Made by a program: the position numbers and the translations under genes
Shown here: piece by piece, positions 1 through 7,867 of the stretch
How positions within the stretch are numbered: the first letter of the stretch is position 1
How the letters are laid out: each line of letters opens with the position of its first letter
Notes under the pieces: generated by a model
Database searches by the model: none
Told to the model about the DNA's origin: nothing
Seen by the model: the letters and a program-made list of their open reading frames with translations, nothing else
Assembly (NCBI RefSeq): GCF_001457595.1
Contig: NZ_LN831039.1
Coordinates: forward strand, 3,390,001 to 3,422,000
DNA length: 32,000 nt
Origin: Mycolicibacterium smegmatis
GTDB lineage: Bacteria > Actinomycetota > Actinomycetes > Mycobacteriales > Mycobacteriaceae
Direction of reading: 5' to 3'

Positions 1-569
1 AAGCACTCATCCGACTCGATCTCGCCGAGATGTTGCGCGAGGAGGGGTATGAGGTTGTCGGTGAGGCCGGAGACGGCCAGGAGGCCGTCGAGATGGCCGA
101 GAGCCTGCGGCCGGATCTCGTGATCATGGACGTCAAGATGCCGCGGCGCGACGGCATCGACGCGGCCTCGGAGATCGCCTCCAAGCGCATCGCGCCCATC
201 GTGATCCTGACGGCCTTCAGCCAGCGCGAGTTGGTGGAGCGTGCCCGCGACGCAGGCGCCATGGCCTACCTGGTGAAGCCGTTCAACATCAACGACCTGG
301 TGCCTGCCATCGAGGTCGCGGTCAGCCGCTTCGCAGAGCTGAGTGCACTGGAGACCGAGGTCGCGACGCTGTCGGAGCGACTGGAGACCCGCAAGCTCGT
401 CGAACGTGCCAAAGGTTTGCTACAGGCCAAGTACAAGATGACCGAGCCCGAGGCGTTCAAGTGGATCCAGCGGGCCGCGATGGACCGGCGCACGACGATG
501 AAGCGGGTGGCCGAGGTGGTGCTCGAGACGTTGGACGACACCAAGCAGGCCCCGGCGCCTGAGCAGTGA
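1..569 (+). CDS. pdtaR: ANTAR-domain response regulator (PdtaR type), 5' end cut by window edge
   Basis: The frame is open from nt 3; ALIRLDLAE precedes the first in-window ATG at 30. Receiver motifs are present (DLVIMDVKMPRRDG acceptor Asp, LTAFSQ, AYLVKPF). A coiled linker and an ANTAR helix bundle follow (RKLVERAKGLLQAKYKMTEPEAFKWIQRAAMDRRTTMKRVAEVV). Stop TGA at 567-569. Confidence 0.9.
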   Translation, partial: ALIRLDLAEMLREEGYEVVGEAGDGQEAVEMAESLRPDLVIMDVKMPRRDGIDAASEIASKRIAPIVILTAFSQRELVERARDAGAMAYLVKPFNINDLVPAIEVAVSRFAELSALETEVATLSERLETRKLVERAKGLLQAKYKMTEPEAFKWIQRAAMDRRTTMKRVAEVVLETLDDTKQAPAPEQ

Positions 570-798
570 GCGCCCGTCGCCTCGGTTAATTATTCGTTTC
601 AGGGCTCACGCACACGCGGTGTTCTCGAGGTTTTCACCGGCATTTATACGGAACAGCGAACGACGCGCCGGAAACGCATCGTTCAACATCGCGCACGCAG
701 GGCGGTGGTTGGCTATGTTCTACCCGGAGCGTCGGCGGCATCCCGGAAACCGGGTCTCGCCAACGGCGTCGCTGACAACTTTGACCCGGAGGTGAAGC

Positions 799-2010
799 GT
801 GCGCGGTCGCGTGGCACGAAAGGCATTTGCTCTCGGTAGTGCGGGAGTGGTGGCGCTGGCAATTGCCGGCTGTAATCAGTCGACGCCCGAAGAGGAAGCA
901 GCCCAGACCGACCTGAAGATCGTCGAGAAGGTGCAGATCGACGAGAACGGTGCCGAGGTGACGGGCGCGGGCGATGTGACCCCCGCCGATCCCGCAGGTG
1001 ACGGAAACGCCGTGTGCCCGCCGGTGATGATCGCGATGATGGGCGCCCTCAACGGCCCCGACGCCGCGCTCGGCATCAACATCAAGAACGGCGTGCAGAT
1101 GGCGATCGACAAGCACAACGCCGCCAACGCCCAGTGCCAGGTTCAGCTGAAAGCGTTTGACACCGAAGGTGATCCGCAGAAGGCCACCGGTGTCGCACCG
1201 CAGATCGTCGACGAGCCGTTCATCATCGGCGTGGTCGGCCCCGCGTTCTCGGGCGAGACCAAGGCCACCGGTGACGTGTTCAACCAGGCCGGTCTGGTGG
1301 CGACCACCGCATCGGCCACCAACGTCCAGCTGAGCGAGAACGGCTGGCGCACGTTCTTCCGCGGCCTGGCGAACGACGGCGTGCAGGGTCCGTCGGTGGC
1401 CAACTACATGAAGAACACCCTGGAGAACAAGAAGGTCTGCGTCGTCGACGACAGCACCGACTACGGTCTGGGGCTCGCCGAGGCCGTGCGCACGACGCTC
1501 GGACCGGTCGCCGACGCCTCGTGCAACATCTCGGTGAAGAAGGGCGACAAGGACTTCTCGGCCGCCGTCACCCAAATCAAGGGCGCCGCACCGGATTCGG
1601 TGTTCTACAGCGGGTACTACTCGGAGGCCGCGCCGTTCGTGCAGCAGCTCAAGGACGGCGGCGTGGAGGCGACGTTCATCAGTGCAGACGGCACGAAGGA
1701 TCCCGAGTTCGTCAAGCAGGCCGGCGAGTCCTCCAAGGGTGCGCTGCTGTCGTGCCCGTGCGGCCCGGCCACCGCCGAGTTCGCCGAGGAGTACACGCAG
1801 AAGTTCGGTCAGGAACCCGGCACCTACAGCACCGAGGGCTACGACCTGGGCACGATCCTGCTGAAGGGCATCGACTCCGGCGCCATCACCCGCGCCGACC
1901 TGCTCAACTACGTCCGCAACTACGAGGGCCAGGGCGTGGCCCGTAAGTACCAGTGGACCGACAACGGCGAGCTGACCACCACCCTGATCTGGATGTACGA
2001 CGTCCAGTAA
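799..2010 (+). CDS. Branched-chain amino-acid ABC transporter substrate-binding lipoprotein (LivJ/LivK family)
   Basis: GTG start at 799, six nt after GGAGG (788-792). Signal peptide with lipobox LAIAG-C, then an acidic linker of about 55 aa, then a type-I periplasmic binding fold. First gene of a livHMGF-like operon. High GC3 throughout. Confidence 0.88.
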   Translation: MRGRVARKAFALGSAGVVALAIAGCNQSTPEEEAAQTDLKIVEKVQIDENGAEVTGAGDVTPADPAGDGNAVCPPVMIAMMGALNGPDAALGINIKNGVQMAIDKHNAANAQCQVQLKAFDTEGDPQKATGVAPQIVDEPFIIGVVGPAFSGETKATGDVFNQAGLVATTASATNVQLSENGWRTFFRGLANDGVQGPSVANYMKNTLENKKVCVVDDSTDYGLGLAEAVRTTLGPVADASCNISVKKGDKDFSAAVTQIKGAAPDSVFYSGYYSEAAPFVQQLKDGGVEATFISADGTKDPEFVKQAGESSKGALLSCPCGPATAEFAEEYTQKFGQEPGTYSTEGYDLGTILLKGIDSGAITRADLLNYVRNYEGQGVARKYQWTDNGELTTTLIWMYDVQ

Positions 2011-2019
2011 ATCGTCTGC

Positions 2020-2056
2020 CGAAACGCGTCCGGGGCCGCTCCCCGGGCGCGTTTCG
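2020..2056 (+). terminator. Long GC-rich stem-loop between the binding-protein gene and livH (partial terminator or mRNA-stabiliser candidate)
   Basis: CGAAACGCG-T-CCGGGG (2020-2035), loop CCGCT, CCCCGG-G-CGCGTTTCG (2041-2056). This gives 15 Watson-Crick pairs plus one G-T wobble. No T-tract follows (CTACCCACC). Confidence 0.4.
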
Positions 2057-2088
2057 CTACCCACCACTCATCAGGGAGCCGCCACCGG

Positions 2089-3126
2089 ATGATCCACCAG
2101 TGCGTCGACCAGTACATCTGTCTGGCCGACAACATCAATTTCAACCTCGACGGGCTGCGTAACGGCTTCTGGCAGTTGACCATCGACGGCCTGTCATGGG
2201 GCGCGATCTACGCGCTCGTGGCGGTCGGCTACACGCTGGTGTTCGGCGTGCTGCGGCTGATCAACTTCGCGCACTCCGAGATCTTCATGCTCGGCATGTT
2301 CGGTGCGTACTTCTGCCTCGACGTGATCCTCGGGTTCACCCCGAGCGGCAACGCCTACAACAAGGGCATCGGGCTGACGGTCCTGTATCTGGGCATCGCG
2401 ATGCTGTTCGCGATGCTGGTCTCGGGATCGGCGGCGATCGGGCTGGAGTTCATCGCCTACCGTCCACTGCGAAAACGCAACGCGCGGGCGCTGACCTTCC
2501 TCATCACCGCGATCGGCATGTCGTTCGTGCTGCAGGAATTCGTGCACTTCGTGCTGCCCAAGCTGATGAAGGGCTACGGCGGCAGCAACGCGCAGCAGCC
2601 GATCACGCTGGTGCAGCCCAAGGCCCAGTTCACGGTGTTCGGTGCGACGGTGTCCAACGTGACGCTCGTGATCGTCGTGTCGGCGCTCATCCTCGCGCTG
2701 CTGACCGACATCGCGCTCAACCGCACCAAGTTCGGGCGCGGGATCCGCGCCGTGGCACAGGATCCCACCACCGCGACGCTGATGGGTGTGTCGCGCGAGC
2801 GGATCATCATGACGACGTTCCTCATCGGCGGCCTGCTGGCCGGCGCCGCGGCACTGCTCTACACCCTGAAGGTGCCGCAGGGCATCATCTACTCGGGCGG
2901 CTTCCTGCTCGGCATCAAGGCGTTCTCGGCGGCGGTGCTCGGCGGCATCGGCAACCTGCGTGGCGCACTGCTGGGCGGTCTGCTGCTCGGCATCATGGAG
3001 AACTACGGGCAGGCGGTGTTCGGCACCCAGTGGCGTGACGTGGTCGCGTTCGTCCTGCTCGTTCTGGTCCTGTTGTTCCGGCCGACCGGAATACTCGGTG
3101 AGAGCCTCGGGAAGGCGCGAGTATGA
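2089..3126 (+). CDS. livH: Branched-chain amino-acid ABC transporter permease (LivH type)
   Basis: Polytopic hydrophobic protein with an HAAT-family N-terminal signature (GAIYALVAVGYTLVFGVLRLINFAHSE). Its stop overlaps the next start (ATGA at 3123-3126). Confidence 0.9.
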   Translation: MIHQCVDQYICLADNINFNLDGLRNGFWQLTIDGLSWGAIYALVAVGYTLVFGVLRLINFAHSEIFMLGMFGAYFCLDVILGFTPSGNAYNKGIGLTVLYLGIAMLFAMLVSGSAAIGLEFIAYRPLRKRNARALTFLITAIGMSFVLQEFVHFVLPKLMKGYGGSNAQQPITLVQPKAQFTVFGATVSNVTLVIVVSALILALLTDIALNRTKFGRGIRAVAQDPTTATLMGVSRERIIMTTFLIGGLLAGAAALLYTLKVPQGIIYSGGFLLGIKAFSAAVLGGIGNLRGALLGGLLLGIMENYGQAVFGTQWRDVVAFVLLVLVLLFRPTGILGESLGKARV

Positions 3127-4337
3127 GTGATCAGCACACACAGCAGAATCCGGGGGAGAACACCAGCTCGTTGGCCAGAACCCTGCTGGCGCCCGGCGAC
3201 ATCATCCGCGAGCAGTGGTCGACGTTGCCGCGCGTGGCCAAGTGGGCCGTCGGCGTCATCGGTTTCGGGCTGCTGGCCCTGCTGCCGTTGTTCACCCCGG
3301 GCTTCCTGAACACGCCAGGCATCAGCTTCGGCGGCACCATGGCGCAGTTCGCGATGGTCGCGATCATCGCGATCGGACTCAACGTCGTGGTCGGCCAGGC
3401 CGGTCTGCTCGACCTGGGCTATGTCGGTTTCTACGCCGTCGGCGCCTACACCGTCGCACTGCTCACCAGCCCGTCGAGCCCGTGGAACATCGTCGGTGTC
3501 GACAAGTTCCTCAGCAGCGACTGGGCCTGGTTGGCATGTGTCCCACTGGCAATGGCGATCACCGCGATCGCAGGCCTGATCCTCGGCACCCCGACGTTGC
3601 GGTTGCGCGGCGACTACCTCGCGATCGTCACGCTGGGCTTCGGCGAGATCATCCGGCTCATGGCGGACAACCTGTCCGACATCACCAACGGTGCACGCGG
3701 CCTGAACCAGGTGGCGTATCCGCGACTGGGCGAGAGCGAGAAGCTGCCGAACGGGGTGTTCTCCAGCGGCAATTCGACCGGCCTCGCCAACTACGGCACG
3801 TGGTGGTTCTGGCTGGGGGTTGCGCTGATCGTCGGGATCCTGCTGCTGGTCGGCAATCTCGAGCGCAGCCGTGTCGGACGTGCGTGGATCGCGATCCGCG
3901 AGGACGAGGACGCCGCCGAGGTGATGGGCGTCAACGCCTTCAAGTTCAAGCTGTGGGCGTTCACCATCGGCGCTGCCATCGGCGGACTGTCCGGCGCGCT
4001 GTACGCGGGCCAGGTGCAGTACGTGGCCCCGCAGACGTTCAACATCATCAACTCGATGCTGTTCCTGTGTGCGGTGGTGCTCGGCGGCCAGGGCAACAAG
4101 CTCGGTGTGATCTTCGGTGCGTTCGTCATCGTCTACCTGCCCAACCGCCTGCTCGGGGTCGAGTTCCTCGGCATCAACCTCGGCGACCTGAAGTACCTGT
4201 TCTTCGGACTCGCCCTGGTGGTACTGATGATCTTCCGGCCGCAGGGCCTGTTCCCCGCGCGTCAGCATCTGCTGACGTACGGCAAGGCGGCGCGGGACCT
4301 GCTGCGGGCCACCCCGGTGAAGGAGCACACGTCATGA
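3123..4337 (+). CDS. livM: Branched-chain amino-acid ABC transporter permease (LivM type)
   Basis: Polytopic membrane protein (GQAGLLDLGYVGFYAVGAYT, LRGDYLAIVTLGFGEIIR). ATGA overlaps on both sides (3123 and 4334). Confidence 0.9.
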   Translation: MSDQHTQQNPGENTSSLARTLLAPGDIIREQWSTLPRVAKWAVGVIGFGLLALLPLFTPGFLNTPGISFGGTMAQFAMVAIIAIGLNVVVGQAGLLDLGYVGFYAVGAYTVALLTSPSSPWNIVGVDKFLSSDWAWLACVPLAMAITAIAGLILGTPTLRLRGDYLAIVTLGFGEIIRLMADNLSDITNGARGLNQVAYPRLGESEKLPNGVFSSGNSTGLANYGTWWFWLGVALIVGILLLVGNLERSRVGRAWIAIREDEDAAEVMGVNAFKFKLWAFTIGAAIGGLSGALYAGQVQYVAPQTFNIINSMLFLCAVVLGGQGNKLGVIFGAFVIVYLPNRLLGVEFLGINLGDLKYLFFGLALVVLMIFRPQGLFPARQHLLTYGKAARDLLRATPVKEHTS

Positions 4338-5188
4338 CCGAGCCTCCCCAGGTGGCAGAGGAAGTCATCGAGGATCTGGCCGGCGTCCACCGGGAGATCA
4401 ACGCGGCCGAGGGTGAGATCCTTCTGCAGACGCACGATCTGACCGTCAAGTTCGGCGGGCTCGTGGCGCTCGACTCGGTGAACTTCAACATCCGTCGCGG
4501 CGAGATCCTCGGTCTCATCGGACCCAACGGTGCGGGCAAGACCACGTGCTTCAACGCGATCACGGGTGTCTACCGCCCGAGTTCGGGCTCGGTGACGTTC
4601 GACGGTGCGCCGCTGGGCCGGATCAAACGGCACCAGATCACGCGTCGTGGCATCGCGCGCACCTTCCAGAACATCCGGCTGTTCGGCGAGATGACGGCAC
4701 TGGAGAACGTCATGGTCGGCACCGACGCCCGGCACCGCACCTCGGTGCCGGGGGCGCTGATCCGCTCACCGCGGCATTTCCGCGAGGAGCGCTCGGCGGT
4801 CGAGAGATCGGCTGCATTGCTCCACTTTGTGGGCATCGCGCACCGGGGCGAGGAGAAGGCCAAGAACCTTTCGTACGGCGATCAGCGTCGCCTGGAGATC
4901 GCGCGAGCGCTGGCGACCGAACCCAAGCTGCTGTGTCTCGACGAACCCGCGGCCGGGTTCAACCCGAGCGAGAAGGCCGCGCTGATCGATCTGATCCGCA
5001 AGATCCGCGACGACGGATACACCGTGCTGCTGATCGAGCACGACATGCGTCTGGTCATGGGTGTCACCGACCGCATCGTGGTTCTGGAGTTCGGCCGCAA
5101 GATCGCCGACGGCCTGCCCTCGCAGATCCGGGAGGATCCGAAGGTGATCGCCGCATACCTGGGGGTACCCGATGACGAAATCCGGTGA
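4334..5188 (+). CDS. livG: Branched-chain amino-acid ABC transporter ATP-binding protein (LivG type)
   Basis: The in-frame ATG at 4334 overlaps the livM stop. Walker A GPNGAGKTT, signature LSYGDQRRLEIARAL, Walker B LLCLDEPAAG, H-loop LLIEHDM. The longer track ORF from 3215 is an out-of-frame run over livM. Confidence 0.92.
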   Translation: MTEPPQVAEEVIEDLAGVHREINAAEGEILLQTHDLTVKFGGLVALDSVNFNIRRGEILGLIGPNGAGKTTCFNAITGVYRPSSGSVTFDGAPLGRIKRHQITRRGIARTFQNIRLFGEMTALENVMVGTDARHRTSVPGALIRSPRHFREERSAVERSAALLHFVGIAHRGEEKAKNLSYGDQRRLEIARALATEPKLLCLDEPAAGFNPSEKAALIDLIRKIRDDGYTVLLIEHDMRLVMGVTDRIVVLEFGRKIADGLPSQIREDPKVIAAYLGVPDDEIR

Positions 5189-5918
5189 GACGACGCGCAA
5201 GGTGCTCCTCGAGGTGCGCGATGCGGTCGTGCACTACGGCAGAATCCGTGCGCTGCACGGCGTTTCGCTCGTGGTCCACGAGGGTGAACTGGTCACGCTG
5301 TTGGGGTCCAACGGTGCAGGCAAGACCACGATGATGCGTGCGATCTCGGGCCTGCGTCCGCTGACATCAGGTTCGGTGTGGTTCGACGGGCAGGACATCT
5401 CCCGTATGAAGGCACACCGGCGGGTCACCGAGGGCCTCATCCAGGCTCCGGAGGGCCGCGGCGTGTTCCCGGGCATGACCGTCGTGGAGAACCTGGAGAT
5501 GGGTTGCTACGGACGGAAATTCCCGTCGCGCCAGGAGCACGCCGAACGCCTGGACTGGGTGTTCGAGACGTTCCCGCGGCTGGCCGAGCGACGCAGCCAG
5601 GTCGGCGGCACGCTCTCCGGCGGTGAGCAGCAGATGCTCGCGATCGGCCGCGCGCTCATGGCCCGCCCGAAGATCCTGCTGCTCGACGAGCCGTCGATGG
5701 GCCTGGCGCCCATGGTGATCTCCCAGATCTTCCGGATCATCGCCGACATCAACTCGCAGGGCACCACGGTGCTGCTGGTCGAGCAGAACGCCCAGCAGGC
5801 CCTCAGCCGCTCCGACCGCGCCTACATCCTCGAGACCGGCAACATCACCCGCACCGGCGTGGCGCGGGAGTTGCTGCAGGACGACAGCATTCGCGCGGCC
5901 TACCTCGGCGTGGCCTGA
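5172..5918 (+). CDS. livF: Branched-chain amino-acid ABC transporter ATP-binding protein (LivF type)
   Basis: Walker A GSNGAGKTT, signature LSGGEQQMLAIGRAL, Walker B ILLLDEPSMGL. The start overlaps the livG 3' end by 17 nt. Confidence 0.92.
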   Translation: MTKSGETTRKVLLEVRDAVVHYGRIRALHGVSLVVHEGELVTLLGSNGAGKTTMMRAISGLRPLTSGSVWFDGQDISRMKAHRRVTEGLIQAPEGRGVFPGMTVVENLEMGCYGRKFPSRQEHAERLDWVFETFPRLAERRSQVGGTLSGGEQQMLAIGRALMARPKILLLDEPSMGLAPMVISQIFRIIADINSQGTTVLLVEQNAQQALSRSDRAYILETGNITRTGVARELLQDDSIRAAYLGVA

Positions 5919-5927
5919 AACTGGCCT

Positions 5928-5964
5928 ACTCGGCACCGCGAGAAGCGCTGACTCGGCACCGCGA
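5928..5964. repeat. Perfect 14-bp direct repeat ACTCGGCACCGCGA x2, 23-bp period
   Basis: Copies at 5928-5941 and 5951-5964, read directly, in the livF-ynfA spacer. Confidence 0.9.
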
Positions 5965-6038
5965 ACGTGCGCGTCTGCGCCCCGACACGCCGCGCAAAAT
6001 GCAGCAAAAGCGCACGCTCACGGCATGCTGAAGTGGTG

Positions 6039-6365
6039 ATGGTCGGAAAATCCGTCGTGCTGTTCGTGCTCGCCGCGGTGCTCGAGATCGGCGGCGCCTG
6101 GCTCGTGTGGCAGGGACTCCGTGAGCAGCGCGGCTGGCTGTGGGCGGGCGCGGGCGTGATCGCGCTGGGCGCATACGGTTTCGTCGCGGCGTTCCAACCC
6201 GACGCCAACTTCGGCCGCGTGCTGGCCGCCTACGGAGGGGTGTTCATCGCCGGATCCCTGCTGTGGGGCATGATCGCCGACGGTTTCCGGCCCGACCGCT
6301 GGGACGTCGCAGGCGCCGCGGTGGCCCTGGTGGGCGTCGGGCTCATCATGTACGCCCCGCGCTGA
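6039..6365 (+). CDS. UPF0060 / YnfA-family small membrane protein (four TM helices)
   Basis: About 108 aa from ATG 6039 (GTG alternatives at 6033 and 6036). [26 protein letters not shown]... is typical of YnfA-like proteins. The N-terminal part of the track ORF (from 5967) is basic and not protein-like. Confidence 0.8.
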
Positions 6366-6369
6366 CCCG

Positions 6370-7287
6370 TCAGGTCAAATGGGCGCTGTCGTCGTCGAGG
6401 TCGTCGCGGCGCAGTCCCATCGGAGTGTCCACCGGTATGTCGCCCGCCGCCACCACGAGCCGCGTAATGGGCGTGAGTGTCGCGAACAACGTCTCCACCT
6501 CGGTGTCGGTGAGCGCTTCGAGTGCGGTCAACGCCAGCGTGTCGGTGCGGTCCTCGACGTGCTTCTTGATGGCCCGGCCGGCTTCGGTCAGTTCTCCCGC
6601 GCCGTCGAGCCAACCCCGTCGCCGGAGCGCGTCGACGTGGAGGTTCCACTGTTCGTCGTCGTAGTCGCGGCTGCGTTTGATCATCTCGGCGGGCACCCGG
6701 CCCGCGGCGGCGTGCAGCACATTGCACTCGCGGCCACTGATCCCTTCGGCGGCGAGCACGGCGACGTGCGCGTCACCGCGCTGTTCCCGCAGCAGGGTGA
6801 CGGCGTGCCACAACATCGCGACGGGTTCGTCAGGCCAGTCGAGCGCGCGGTTCGCCGCGAACAGGGGCCGCGCGTCGAGGGGTGCATTCCTGGCGGCCGC
6901 TGCGGCGAGATCGGCGGCCGTGCGCGTGGCGGGGGAGTCGGTGACTCCCGCTCGGCGCAGCGCCGCCACCGCGGCTTCCGAACGCACTGCCAACACGGTC
7001 GACGGGGCGGCGAGATCCCACACCGCGGGCAGTGTTTTCGCGACGCGCTCCGGGGTGAAGTTGTAGAACACCGCGGCGACGACCTCGGGGGCCACCCGGC
7101 CCAGCGGCGCGGAGCGCGCGGCGAAATATCCCTGCCAGAAACCGCGGAAGCCGAGGCCCTCGAGCGCGGAGCGGCTTTCACCGGAGAAATAGGTGACGGC
7201 GTGTACCGGCTCGAGACGGTCGAAGAAGCGACGCGCGAGCGATGGCGAGCGACCCACGCGATCAGTTAACCAAAGCTCGATCACCAT
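6370..7287 (-). CDS. Conserved actinobacterial hypothetical protein (SCO6745-like, probable C-terminal winged-helix)
   Basis: ATG at 7287 (MVIELWLTDRVGRSPSLARRFFDRLEPVHAVTYF...). The upstream part of the track ORF would overlap the RDD gene. High GC3. The family assignment is from memory of similar N-termini (low certainty). Confidence 0.75.
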   Translation of the reverse strand: MVIELWLTDRVGRSPSLARRFFDRLEPVHAVTYFSGESRSALEGLGFRGFWQGYFAARSAPLGRVAPEVVAAVFYNFTPERVAKTLPAVWDLAAPSTVLAVRSEAAVAALRRAGVTDSPATRTAADLAAAAARNAPLDARPLFAANRALDWPDEPVAMLWHAVTLLREQRGDAHVAVLAAEGISGRECNVLHAAAGRVPAEMIKRSRDYDDEQWNLHVDALRRRGWLDGAGELTEAGRAIKKHVEDRTDTLALTALEALTDTEVETLFATLTPITRLVVAAGDIPVDTPMGLRRDDLDDDSAHLT

Positions 7288-7314
7288 CGGCAGGGCGGGG
7301 GCCGGCACACAGAA

Positions 7315-7350
7315 CCGGGCCCTCGACTCCGAACGGAGTTGAGGGCCCGG
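7315..7350 (-). terminator. Strong stem-loop downstream of the RDD gene (intrinsic-terminator candidate, looks bidirectional)
   Basis: CCGGGCCCTC-G-ACTCC (7315-7330), loop GAAC, GGAGT-T-GAGGGCCCGG (7335-7350). The minus-strand flank is UUCUGUGUG and the plus-strand flank is CTCTTTGGTCGTTCTTCC. Confidence 0.5.
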
Positions 7351-7372
7351 CTCTTTGGTCGTTCTTCCTGGC

Positions 7373-7858
7373 TCAGCCGTGCAGCACCTGCGTGCCACCT
7401 GCGAGTTCGTCGTGCTTACCCTGCTTGGTGGAGCTGCCCGCGATGGTGACCGCGATGATGATGATCGCGATCACGCCCAGCAGACCACCGACGAACGGCA
7501 CGATCGGCAGCAGCGTCCACGAGTTGCGGATCGCTGATTCCTTCGCGGTCGGTTTGGGCGTTGCCGCGCCGCGCACCGACAGGCCAAGGATCTTCTTGCC
7601 CGGCGTCCATCCCTGTGACACCTCGAACGCGACGAAGTAGATGAACGTCAGCAGACCGGTGAACAGACCGGTCACCCAGATGCTCGACAGCGAATCGGTG
7701 AAGAACGCGAGCAGATAAGAGACGATGCCGACGAAGATCCCGTCGATGAAGCGCGCAAAGAAGCGTCGTCCCAAACCACCCGGCGCCGCTGCGCCGCCGT
7801 GCGGCGGATAGCCGGCGGGTTGCCCGTACTGTCCCGGTTGCGGCTGATAATCAGTCAT
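7373..7858 (-). CDS. RDD-family membrane protein with Pro/Gly/Gln/Tyr-rich N-terminus
   Basis: N-terminus MTDYQPQPGQYGQPAGYPPHGG, then an RDD signature (RRFFARFIDGIFVGIV) and three hydrophobic segments. Lies 9 nt downstream of the DoxX gene stop. Confidence 0.85.
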   Translation of the reverse strand: MTDYQPQPGQYGQPAGYPPHGGAAAPGGLGRRFFARFIDGIFVGIVSYLLAFFTDSLSSIWVTGLFTGLLTFIYFVAFEVSQGWTPGKKILGLSVRGAATPKPTAKESAIRNSWTLLPIVPFVGGLLGVIAIIIIAVTIAGSSTKQGKHDELAGGTQVLHG

Positions 7859-7867
7859 ACGACCAAA

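Noticed and set aside
570-798. A canonical ANTAR dual-hairpin target upstream of the liv operon.
   Set aside because: The two hairpins are far apart. Their loops are 7 and 3 nt rather than hexaloops with A1/G4, and no overlapping terminator is visible. Kept only as a low-interest lead.
634-2067. Long antisense or out-of-frame ORFs throughout the track. Examples: 634-2067 minus, 3003-4328 minus, 3215-4333 plus, 8971-10029 minus, 13329-15266 minus, 17039-18118 minus, 18118-19746 minus, 23690-24730 minus, 28964-31600 plus.
   Set aside because: They fully overlap genes with clear family motifs. Their translations are Arg/Pro/Gly/His/Asp-rich and low in complexity, and none has a recognisable domain. 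This is the expected stop-codon-poor artefact of high-GC DNA.
5919-6038. A guanidine-type (mini-ykkC) or other riboswitch upstream of the small YnfA-like membrane-protein gene.
   Set aside because: I found no pair of GC-clamped hairpins with ACGR tetraloops. The spacer contains direct repeats, not stem-loops.
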